Position numbers and translations under genes: made by a program. Below the pieces are notes generated by a model that saw nothing but the letters and a program-made list of their open reading frames with translations, ran no database searches and was not told the origin of the DNA. 64,000 nucleotides of DNA, taken from NCBI GenBank assembly GCA_021740905.1, contig JAIOYV010000003.1:1737-65736 (forward strand), in the 5' to 3' direction. How positions within the stretch are numbered: the stretch's first letter is position 1; each line of letters begins with the position of its first letter. The stretch comes from Bacteroidales bacterium. Lineage in GTDB: Bacteria > Bacteroidota > Bacteroidia > Bacteroidales > M50B96. Below, piece by piece: positions 56,050 through 64,000 of this stretch.

Positions 56050-56742
56050 ATGGAGACGCTTCTACAAACACGCGAATTGTCAAAAATCTTCCGCACCGAT
56101 GAGGTGGAAACAGTCGCCCTGAACAAAGTTTCACTGGATATTCAAAAAGGGGAGTTTGTGGCCGTGATGGGGCCATCGGGTTGTGGTAAGTCCACTTTGC
56201 TCAATATCCTAGGTATGTTGGACAACCCCAGCAATGGCAAATATTTTTTTCAAAATGAAGAAGTTTCGACTTACAAAGAACGGAAACGGTCCTTGTTGCG
56301 CAAGGCAAACATTGGTTTTGTTTTTCAGAATTTCAACCTGATTGATGAACTAAACGTCTACGAAAATGTGGAGCTTCCGTTGATATACCTTGGCATTGGC
56401 AGCCACGACCGCAAAGCGAAGGTGGAAGAAGCCCTCGAAAAGATGAACATGACCCACCGTCAGAGGTCTTTTCCCTTGCAGCTTTCGGGAGGGCAACAAC
56501 AAAGGGTGGCTGTTGCCCGTGCAGTGGTGGCCAACCCCAGCCTGATTTTGGCCGACGAACCCACCGGAAACCTCGACTCGACACATGGCGAAGAAGTGAT
56601 GAACCTGTTGGAATCGCTCAACCGAAATGGCACCACCATCGTAATTGTGACCCACTCGGAGCGCGATGCCGATTACAGCCAGCGCATTATCCGCTTGTTC
56701 GATGGAAAGATCATCCACGAAAACTTTTTCAAACAAAAATAA
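56050..56742 (+). CDS. ABC transporter ATP-binding protein (MacB/LolD-type)
   Basis: The track ORF starts at TTG 56020; ATG 56050 (METLLQTRELSKIF) is preferred. Walker A GPSGCGKST, signature LSGGQQQR, and Walker B LILADEPTGNLD. Confidence 0.9.
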   Translation: METLLQTRELSKIFRTDEVETVALNKVSLDIQKGEFVAVMGPSGCGKSTLLNILGMLDNPSNGKYFFQNEEVSTYKERKRSLLRKANIGFVFQNFNLIDELNVYENVELPLIYLGIGSHDRKAKVEEALEKMNMTHRQRSFPLQLSGGQQQRVAVARAVVANPSLILADEPTGNLDSTHGEEVMNLLESLNRNGTTIVIVTHSERDADYSQRIIRLFDGKIIHENFFKQK

Positions 56743-56753
56743 GCGGACGCGCC

Positions 56754-59177
56754 ATGTTTAAAAACTATCTGAAAGTCGCGCTACGTAACTTGTCGAGGCA
56801 CAAAGCCTTTTCCATTATCAATATTGTTGGGCTTGCCCTGGGCATTGCCATAAGCCTTACCATTTTCCTTTGGATACAGGATGAACTAAGCTACGATGAT
56901 TTCCACGAAAAAGGAGATCGGATTTACCGGTTAACGGTATCAGGGTCACTTGGTAAGGAGCAATTCAATACCATTAATACTGCAGCCCCAACAGCCCGTG
57001 TTATCGCAAATACATTGCCCGATGTGCGGCTTTCAACCCGAATATTAAAGGGCTGGCAAAAACAGGTAAGTTACAAGGATCGGATTTTCAGTGAGGATTA
57101 TTTTCAGTATGCCGACAGCAATTTTTTTCAACTTTTCTCCTTCCCTTTATTGGAAGGCGACCCCGAAAAAGTACTTAGGAAGCCTAATTCTGTTGTCATC
57201 ACCCAGACAACCGCCAGCCGTTATTTCGATCAGGAAAACCCGATCGGGAAAGAACTTATATCGGATGAAGGCCGAAATTATATTGTCACAGGTGTATGTA
57301 AGGACGTGCCCAATAATTCACATTTTCATTTCGACCTAATTGCTTCACTCAATACTTTTGATTGGATCAGCGACAACAATTGGCTACAGCAATATTTTGC
57401 GACCTACTTTGTGGTAAAGCCCGGTTGTAACATTAACAACTTAAAAGAAAAAATCCAGACGCTTGCCATGCAATACATTGGTCCGCAATTGGAAGAATTC
57501 CTGGGATTTACCGTTGATGAATTCGACTCGGCCGGGAACAAGTATGAATTCAGCTTGCAAGCATTACGCGACATTCACCTGCACTCGAATCTCGAAGCCG
57601 AGTTCGAACAGAATGGGAATTTTAGCTTTGTGTTGGTTTTTTCAATCATTGCCATTTTTATCCTGTTCATGGCCTGCATCAATTTTATGAACCTCACCAC
57701 CTCCCGCTCGGCAGCCCGGACAAGGGAAATTGGCATCCGAAAAGCCCTTGGCTCATCAAGGAAGCAACTCATCGTGCAATTTCTCACCGAATCGATTGGG
57801 ATGACTTTGTTGGCCCTTATACTTGCTTTTGCCATTATGGAAATCATCCTCCCACACTTTAACGAGCTGGCCGAAAAAAACCTGGTGTTTCAACCTTTCA
57901 GCAAGTGGTTGCATGCTCCTGTTTTCTTTTTGTTGATTTTGATTATTGGGTTGTTATCGGGAAGTTACCCGGCTTATTTTCTTTCTTCTTTCAGTCCACT
58001 TTCCGTATTATCAGGAAAAATCAGGCAACGAATTAAAAAATCATATATGCGTAGCGGACTGGTGTTGTTTCAATTTGCCATTTCCATAACTTTGATAATT
58101 AGCACCATCAACATTTTTAATCAGCTTCGATTTATCGACCAAAAAGATATTGGGATAAGCAAAAACCACATCATGGTAATCGAACATGCCTATTCGCTGA
58201 GGGGAAAAAAGGAGGAATTCAAAAATAGGATCAAGCAACACAAATCCATTCTCGATGCAACTACCAGTTTTACGCTTCCTGGCGACCGCTTTAGTTCTTC
58301 CTCGCATCACCTGGAAGGAACCCCGGAAGATGAACTGCACCTTATGCACTGGATCCATGTGGACTATGATTTTATTTCTACGATGGATGTAAGGCTGAAG
58401 CGGGGCCGGTTTTTTTCGAAAAATGTGCCAGGTGATACCCTGTCGATTTTGCTGAACGAAGCAGCCGTAAAAGATTTTGGCCTCGATAACCCAATAGGGA
58501 AGAAAGTGAACAGGCCCTCGGGAGATGAAGGGATGACCCAAAAATTCACGGTCATTGGCGTGGTTGAGGATTTTAATTACGAATCGTTGCACCGCGATGT
58601 TCGGCCTTTGGTCATCAACCTCTTGAACGAAGATGATTATGCCCGGTTTATTGCGGTAAAGATAAAAGCAAAAGACAAAGCTGAATGTATAAAACATATT
58701 GAAAAGGAATGGGTCGACATGGCACATGGGCAGGCATTTCTTTACTTCTTCCTCGACTCTTATTTAGACCGGCTTTACAAAGAAGACAAACAAACCGGAC
58801 AGTTGTTTTTTATTTTTTCGATGCTGGCCATTTTCATTGCCTTGCTTGGCCTGTACGGTTTGTCCACCTTTATTACCGGGCAGAGAACCAAAGAAATTGG
58901 TATCCGCAAAGTGTTGGGTGCTTCAGAAATTAGTATTGTGCTGATGTTGTGGAAAGATTTTTCGCGTTGGGTACTGTTGGCCAATCTTATCGCATGGCCA
59001 TTGGCCTGGGTCTTTCTCGATCATTGGCTGAAGAATTTTGCTTTTAATGTTGAAATCAGTTTGGTCAGTTTTCCTTTGGTTGCGATTGCCACACTGGTTA
59101 TCGCCCTACTTACTATTAGTGTACAATCGGTGCAATCGGCCCTGTCGAACCCGGTGGAAGCCTTGAAGTATGAGTAG
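56754..59177 (+). CDS. ABC transporter permease, FtsX/MacB-type (duplicated MacB_PCD + FtsX modules)
   Basis: 807 aa. N-terminal MFKNYLKVALRNLSRHKAFSIINI…, and two FtsX 4-TM blocks each preceded by REIGIRKxLGAS. Confidence 0.9.
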   Translation: MFKNYLKVALRNLSRHKAFSIINIVGLALGIAISLTIFLWIQDELSYDDFHEKGDRIYRLTVSGSLGKEQFNTINTAAPTARVIANTLPDVRLSTRILKGWQKQVSYKDRIFSEDYFQYADSNFFQLFSFPLLEGDPEKVLRKPNSVVITQTTASRYFDQENPIGKELISDEGRNYIVTGVCKDVPNNSHFHFDLIASLNTFDWISDNNWLQQYFATYFVVKPGCNINNLKEKIQTLAMQYIGPQLEEFLGFTVDEFDSAGNKYEFSLQALRDIHLHSNLEAEFEQNGNFSFVLVFSIIAIFILFMACINFMNLTTSRSAARTREIGIRKALGSSRKQLIVQFLTESIGMTLLALILAFAIMEIILPHFNELAEKNLVFQPFSKWLHAPVFFLLILIIGLLSGSYPAYFLSSFSPLSVLSGKIRQRIKKSYMRSGLVLFQFAISITLIISTINIFNQLRFIDQKDIGISKNHIMVIEHAYSLRGKKEEFKNRIKQHKSILDATTSFTLPGDRFSSSSHHLEGTPEDELHLMHWIHVDYDFISTMDVRLKRGRFFSKNVPGDTLSILLNEAAVKDFGLDNPIGKKVNRPSGDEGMTQKFTVIGVVEDFNYESLHRDVRPLVINLLNEDDYARFIAVKIKAKDKAECIKHIEKEWVDMAHGQAFLYFFLDSYLDRLYKEDKQTGQLFFIFSMLAIFIALLGLYGLSTFITGQRTKEIGIRKVLGASEISIVLMLWKDFSRWVLLANLIAWPLAWVFLDHWLKNFAFNVEISLVSFPLVAIATLVIALLTISVQSVQSALSNPVEALKYE

Positions 59178-59187
59178 AGAGTCGGGC

Positions 59188-59262
59188 AGTTCTGAGTTGA
59201 AGAGTTCTGAGTTGAAGAGTTCTGAGTTGAAAAGTTCTGAGTTGAAAAGTTCTGAGTTGATA
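59188..59262. repeat. Tandem repeat, 15-nt unit x5 (agttctgagttgaag/aaa/ata), with a further copy plus a degenerate copy at 59328..59358
   Basis: Read directly from the sequence. It starts 11 nt after the permease stop, in a convergent intergenic gap. Confidence 0.9.
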
Positions 59263-59386
59263 TTCCCCTGTATTTTATAGGATGGTGAATGTAGAGACAC
59301 ATGGCTTGCGTCTGTGTAAAACTACCCAGTTCTGAGTTGAAAGAGTTCAGCGTTAAAAAAGGTCTGTATTTATATTTCCATGATTT

Positions 59387-61018
59387 CTAATCAAACCGAA
59401 AAAAGGGGACCTTTTGTTCTTCACTTCTGGTTTTGCTTTGAAGGCTGAAAATATAGACCCCGCTTGAAGTATCGTAAAGAAAGAACTTGAAAGGATGTTT
59501 CCCAATGGGGAGATTTTCAGAAACCAAAACTCTTACTTGCTGCCCTTGCAGATTATATATATACAGATTGACATAGTCTGCTTCTTCCATCGAAATGGCC
59601 ACCGTAAAGCTGTGGTTGGCAAAATCACTGATCACCTCAAAACCAAAGGCACGATCTTCAGGATTCTGCTTAATTTCCAAGGCAGAAATTACTGCAACAC
59701 GGTCGTGAAAGTACACATTGTCGCCCTGCTGCCATTGGGTCACTTTAATATCATCCTCGAAGCCATCTATTTTATTCCAAAGCTTTAGTTTGAAAACCTC
59801 GCCGGCAAGCAACCCATCTGTAGATGATGTGGTAAGATCATCGCCCCAAAGGGTAAGCCCCATATTTTTGCCTTCAAAAACACCGCTGCCCACAAGCTTT
59901 CCGTTCGACGTAAACACACCGACTTCATCACCTAACAAGGGTAGATTGTCCCAAGCCGAAAACTCAATGCCGAGGCTCATGTTTTCGCCGGTCGACATGT
60001 CGGCGATGTAATAAACAGTGGAGTTGGTTTCCTGCGGGCTTGAGATTGGAAGTACGGTATCGTTATCAGGATAAGAAAAATAGAAATCAGCATTGCAAAT
60101 AATTTTGTATGCCTGCCCAGGATAAAGATTGTTGAGCGAAATTTGATCCATCTCAGGCCAATATAATCTTCCATTTTCGTCCTTTATCAACTCAATATGG
60201 TCAATGTTTTGGTCGAACAAAGCCTCCACCGAAGCGGCTTCTTCGCGCATATAGGGCAGAACAGAAGGGCTTCCCGAAAGAAAATAAAGACTATCCTCTG
60301 CTTTGGGCTGAAAACCATACATATTTAAAGTACCAGGATCATTCATCTTTATTTTATAGCAATTGCCAGCCTTGTAATAAACCGGGGCAGTAAAATCGAT
60401 ACCCGGGCCATACACTACACCATTGAAGTCGGTGATCTTTATCAATAATGAATCGACTTGGGTCAACATTAATTCAAGATCGGCATTAAGCGGAGTGATA
60501 TAACTGCTAAAATAGTTCCACCCTTCATGTAGTTCGATATTTTGATCTGGGTAGGCATATAAGGAAATCAAGCCCGACATACCATTAGAAGCGTAGGTGT
60601 CATAGCTCCAGAAGTTGTCACCGTATTTTGCAAGTGCCTTATATTCTTTCCCCTTTGATGAATCCCATATCTTCCATTTGAAAACTTCGCCGGTCGCAAA
60701 CCCATCCAGGCCTACATCTTCGCCCCAGGCTGTCACTGCGGTGGCAACAGTATCGATGTGCCACTCGATATAACCGCCACAAGCCAGTTGTCCAAGCGAA
60801 TCGTAAAATACGCCAATATAGTCACCTTCGGCAAGCGAATCATTATTTAACAATACGGGGTCGTTATTGGGTATTAAGATAGAGTGGTTATTGCCTGTGT
60901 TTATATACTTCCAGGGGGGTGGGATTTGGGCATACGAATTCAATACAAATACACCTTGCAGAATAAAAGCAAGCATAATACTATATATAGTTTCGGATCC
61001 TTTGTGACGATTATTCAT
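59387..61018 (-). CDS. Secreted T9SS cargo protein, paralog of the C-terminal two thirds of 10180..12666
   Basis: The track ORF extends to 61099; ATG at 61018 (MNNRHKGSETIYSIMLAFILQGVFVLNSYAQ) gives a signal peptide. It is colinear with the 828-aa protein. Its C-terminal beta-rich tail (…YVNLYIYNLQGQQV…GVYIFSLQS…FFRFD) is T9SS-CTD-like. Confidence 0.8.
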   Translation of the reverse strand: MNNRHKGSETIYSIMLAFILQGVFVLNSYAQIPPPWKYINTGNNHSILIPNNDPVLLNNDSLAEGDYIGVFYDSLGQLACGGYIEWHIDTVATAVTAWGEDVGLDGFATGEVFKWKIWDSSKGKEYKALAKYGDNFWSYDTYASNGMSGLISLYAYPDQNIELHEGWNYFSSYITPLNADLELMLTQVDSLLIKITDFNGVVYGPGIDFTAPVYYKAGNCYKIKMNDPGTLNMYGFQPKAEDSLYFLSGSPSVLPYMREEAASVEALFDQNIDHIELIKDENGRLYWPEMDQISLNNLYPGQAYKIICNADFYFSYPDNDTVLPISSPQETNSTVYYIADMSTGENMSLGIEFSAWDNLPLLGDEVGVFTSNGKLVGSGVFEGKNMGLTLWGDDLTTSSTDGLLAGEVFKLKLWNKIDGFEDDIKVTQWQQGDNVYFHDRVAVISALEIKQNPEDRAFGFEVISDFANHSFTVAISMEEADYVNLYIYNLQGQQVRVLVSENLPIGKHPFKFFLYDTSSGVYIFSLQSKTRSEEQKVPFFRFD

Positions 61019-61111
61019 ATTCGGGACAAAGATAATATTTAGAAATTGTATGTGATTCATTAAATTATTTTGGGGAATTTGTGTCCTTGTAATACCCACC
61101 CTTTTAATTCC

Positions 61112-62431
61112 CTATAGTAGGTCGCTGGCCAACTCAGCCAGATAGCTCCTTTCACCCTTTTCGAGATGAACGTGGGCGAAAATATTTTGGTCCTTCATTT
61201 TATCGGTGAGGTAGGTAAGCCCGTTCGATTTGGTATCGAGGTATGGGGTGTCGATTTGCTGTACATCGCCGGTAAAAATCATTTTTGTCCCTTCCCCTGC
61301 CCTGGTGATAATAGTTTTCACTTCGTGAGGTGTAAGGTTTTGGGCCTCGTCCACAATGAAAAACACATCGGAAAGGCTACGCCCACGGATATAAGCCAAT
61401 GGGGTGATCACCAGTTTTTCGAGGCGCAACATTTCCTCGATATTTTGAAACTCGCGGCTTTGCGGGTTAAATTGATGCTTTATGACCGATAGGTTGTCGA
61501 ACAAGGGTTGCATGTAAGGCCCAATCTTTTCGCTTACATCGCCAGGCAGGAAACCCAAATCGCGGTTCGATAACGGCACAATGGGACGTGCCAGGAATAT
61601 TTGCTTGAAGTGCCTGCGCTGGTCGAGGGCTGCAGCCAATGCCAAAAGCGTTTTCCCTGTTCCTGCCTTCCCCGTCAGGGCAACCAGTTGTACATCGTTG
61701 TTGATAAGTGCATTGATGGCGAAAGCCTGCTCGGCATTACGAGGTTTTATACCATAAGCAGTATATTTCTCCACCCTGTTTATAGTATTGTCCAATGGGT
61801 TGAACCGGGCCAGGGCACTGGTGTTCTGGCCTTTCAGGATATAATATGCCTGTCCTTTAGGCTCGGGTTCCAGCTTTAATTCTTCCATAGGGACGGTTCG
61901 CTGTCCGTTGTACATGCCGTTGATAATCTCATCGTTTACATTTTCGATGGTAGGCACTTTGCGGTACAGGCTTTCGATATCCTGCACTTTGCCTGTTTCG
62001 TAATCGGATGCCTGGATGCCAAGCGATTTGGCTTTCATCCGGAGGTTTATGTCCTTGCTTACCAGGATAACCTGCTTGCGTTTATTGCTTTTGCTCAGAA
62101 AATCGGCGATGGCCAATATCCTATGATCGGGTGTTTTCTCGGGGAAAGAGGCAACGAATTCTTCGGAAAAGGCTTTTCCAGTTTCGATAAACAATTTCCC
62201 AAGGCCTTTTCCGAGGGGAAGGCCATCTTTGAAGAGTTTGTCACCGGCAATTTTATCCAGCTCGCGTGTAAATTCGCGGGCATGGAAATTAATCAGGTCA
62301 TTTCCTTTTTTAAACTTGTCGAGTTCTTCGAGAACTACGATAGGCAGGACAATATCATTGTCTTCGAAATGGTAGATACTCCGGTAATCGTGGAGGATTA
62401 CATTGGTGTCGACTACAAATATTTTTTTCAT
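61112..62431 (-). CDS. PIN-domain + PhoH-like ATPase (YlaK-type)
   Basis: 439 aa. N-terminal PIN (FVVDTNVILHD…VLEELD). C-terminal PhoH P-loop (GKAGTGKT), FIVDEAQN and GDVQQID. Confidence 0.9.
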   Translation of the reverse strand: MKKIFVVDTNVILHDYRSIYHFEDNDIVLPIVVLEELDKFKKGNDLINFHAREFTRELDKIAGDKLFKDGLPLGKGLGKLFIETGKAFSEEFVASFPEKTPDHRILAIADFLSKSNKRKQVILVSKDINLRMKAKSLGIQASDYETGKVQDIESLYRKVPTIENVNDEIINGMYNGQRTVPMEELKLEPEPKGQAYYILKGQNTSALARFNPLDNTINRVEKYTAYGIKPRNAEQAFAINALINNDVQLVALTGKAGTGKTLLALAAALDQRRHFKQIFLARPIVPLSNRDLGFLPGDVSEKIGPYMQPLFDNLSVIKHQFNPQSREFQNIEEMLRLEKLVITPLAYIRGRSLSDVFFIVDEAQNLTPHEVKTIITRAGEGTKMIFTGDVQQIDTPYLDTKSNGLTYLTDKMKDQNIFAHVHLEKGERSYLAELASDLL

Positions 62432-62874
62432 ACGATAGGTTTTTCAATATTTTTCAAAACGATTTTTTTGTGGGATTGTTTCAGTGATACTAAAGGTAGT
62501 GAAGAAAAAGATAGAATGTATTCTTTGCCATCGGCGGTGTTGTAAATGAGTGTGTTTTTTTTGTCGTTGCTCATGGTTTAAATTGATTTTAATCTGTTAA
62601 AGATAATACAGAATTGGATTATTCCGCTCAGAAAGGGGGGATTTTCACACCCGGTCATTTTGCTATTTGAATTAGTCAGTCGGCGACTGATGAATTTAAA
62701 ACCCCTTACCACTTGAAAGATGCCTAAGCAGTCGGAGTTTAGCTTTAACAGATGTTTTTACCCCAAACCAAAAACCCGAAACCCGAAAAAACCATCCCGT
62801 TAACATCTTTTAACCACAGCACCACAATTTATCCTTGCAATTGCAGTATTCAATCAAACAAAATTAGCTTTTAC

Positions 62875-62882
62875 TATCTTTG
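62875..62882 (+). promoter_or_regulatory. TAnnTTTG -7 box upstream of dxs
   Basis: tatctttg lies 24 nt upstream of the ATG at 62906. Confidence 0.4.
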
Positions 62883-62905
62883 CACAATTAGGTAGCAAAA
62901 CAACT

Positions 62906-64000
62906 ATGCAAGAGAAGCCCTACGCCTTATTAAATACGATTGATTCGCCCAAAGACTTGCGGCGGTTGAAAGATACCGAATTACTGCAGTTGGCAGCCGA
63001 ACTCCGACAGTTTATTATCGACGAGGTAAGTTGTAATCCCGGGCATTTTGGAGCAAGCTTGGGTGTTGTAGAGCTTACCATCGCATTGCATTATGTATTT
63101 GAAACCCCTTACGATTTGCTGGTTTGGGATGTAGGCCATCAGGCTTATGGGCATAAGATACTGACAGGCCGGCGCGATATATTCCATAGCAACAGAAAAT
63201 ACAAGGGCATAAGCGGTTTTCCGAAACGTTCGGAAAGCGAATACGATGCTTTTGGTGTCGGACATGCCTCTACCTCCATTTCGGCTGCACTGGGAATGGC
63301 AGTTGCTGCCCGGCAAAAAAACGAAAAGAGCCGACATGTGGTTGCAATTATTGGCGACGGATCCATGACCGGTGGCCTTGCTTTCGAGGGATTGAACAAC
63401 ACGGGCATCACCAAATCGGATTTGCTTGTGGTGTTGAACGACAACAACATGGCCATCGACCCAAGTGTAGGTGCCTTTAACGACTACCTTTTAGACATTA
63501 CCACATCGCAAACCTACAACAAAGTAAAAGACGAGGTTTGGAGGTTGCTGGGGCGGTTGAGCAAATTTGGACCAGATACCAGGGGCTTGGTACAAAAAAT
63601 TGAAAATGGCCTCAAGGCCGTTCTTCTTCGACAAAGCAATTTGTTCGAGTCGATGAAGTTCAGGTACTTTGGCCCGGTGGATGGGCACGATGTGATCTAT
63701 CTGACCAAAATAATGCAGGACTTAAAAAACATACCCGGCCCTAAATTACTGCATGTGGTCACGAAAAAAGGAAAGGGTTTTAAGTCGGCAGAACTAAATC
63801 AAACGGCCTACCATGCCCCGGGGAAATTCGACAAAAACACCGGCGAAATCCTTTCCGTCAAAGAAGATGGCACAAAGCCACCAAGATATCAGGATGTGTT
63901 TGGCCATACCCTGGTAGAACTGGCCGAAATGAACCCTGACATTGTGGGCATCACCCCGGCCATGCCCAGTGGTTCGTCGTTGAATATAATGATGGAAAAA
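62906..64000 (+). CDS. dxs: 1-deoxy-D-xylulose-5-phosphate synthase, N-terminal 365 codons (open at the window edge)
   Basis: Not in the ORF track because there is no stop in the window. My translation reads MQEKPYALLNTIDSPKDLRRLKDTELLQLAAELRQFIIDEVSCNPGHFGASLGVVELTIALHYVFETPYDLLVWDVGHQAYGHKILTGRRD, followed by the TPP motif GDGSMTGG. The frame stays open to 64000. Confidence 0.9.
   Translation, partial: MQEKPYALLNTIDSPKDLRRLKDTELLQLAAELRQFIIDEVSCNPGHFGASLGVVELTIALHYVFETPYDLLVWDVGHQAYGHKILTGRRDIFHSNRKYKGISGFPKRSESEYDAFGVGHASTSISAALGMAVAARQKNEKSRHVVAIIGDGSMTGGLAFEGLNNTGITKSDLLVVLNDNNMAIDPSVGAFNDYLLDITTSQTYNKVKDEVWRLLGRLSKFGPDTRGLVQKIENGLKAVLLRQSNLFESMKFRYFGPVDGHDVIYLTKIMQDLKNIPGPKLLHVVTKKGKGFKSAELNQTAYHAPGKFDKNTGEILSVKEDGTKPPRYQDVFGHTLVELAEMNPDIVGITPAMPSGSSLNIMMEK

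Noticed and set aside
58041-58727. 228-aa minus-strand ORF
   Set aside because: It is antisense inside the FtsX/MacB permease gene.
59188-59262. CRISPR array?
   Set aside because: The units are 15 nt and directly abutting with no spacers, and no cas genes are present. It is a simple tandem repeat.
62981-63456. 118-aa and 103-aa minus-strand ORFs
   Set aside because: They are antisense to dxs. The dxs frame is missing from the ORF track only because it has no stop inside the window.

Overview
This 64-kb chromosomal segment looks like a Bacteroidota genome. Eight proteins end in type-IX-secretion (T9SS) C-terminal sorting domains, TAnnTTTG -7 promoter boxes recur 16-35 nt upstream of genes, and DUF3078/DUF3108/DUF5686-type envelope proteins are present. 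I count about 50 protein genes and one tRNA-Leu(TAG). I saw no rRNA, CRISPR array, integrase or transposase. Housekeeping content: an aldehyde:ferredoxin oxidoreductase with a divergent ThiF/ThiS-like pair; mscS-mscL; tig-clpP-clpX; a two-component pair; tatC, kdsD, recQ, comM; DAHP synthase/chorismate mutase, purS, pssA; guanine deaminase-lspA-dksA-like-ileS; acs; a MacB-type ABC exporter; PIN-PhoH; and dxs (open at the 3' edge). Accessory content: (i) An AT-rich three-gene cassette at ~50.2-54.3 kb, flanked by imperfect direct repeats and joined by overlapping stop/start codons. It encodes an XRE HTH protein, then a PHP phosphoesterase fused to an SMC/Rad50-like ABC ATPase, then an AlbA_2/Schlafen-like + HATPase_c_4 protein. 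This is the best candidate for a novel defence system. (ii) HigB/HigA plus an apparently truncated KilA-N gene at 38.2-39.3 kb. (iii) A repeat-dense 0.85-kb intergenic region at 55.2-56.0 kb containing a 188-bp hairpin-packed element bounded by inverted repeats. (iv) A 15-nt x5 tandem repeat at 59.19 kb. (v) Two paralogous T9SS cargo proteins sharing an unnamed duplicated module. All functional calls rest on motif recognition by eye from the supplied translations. No database search or computation was run.
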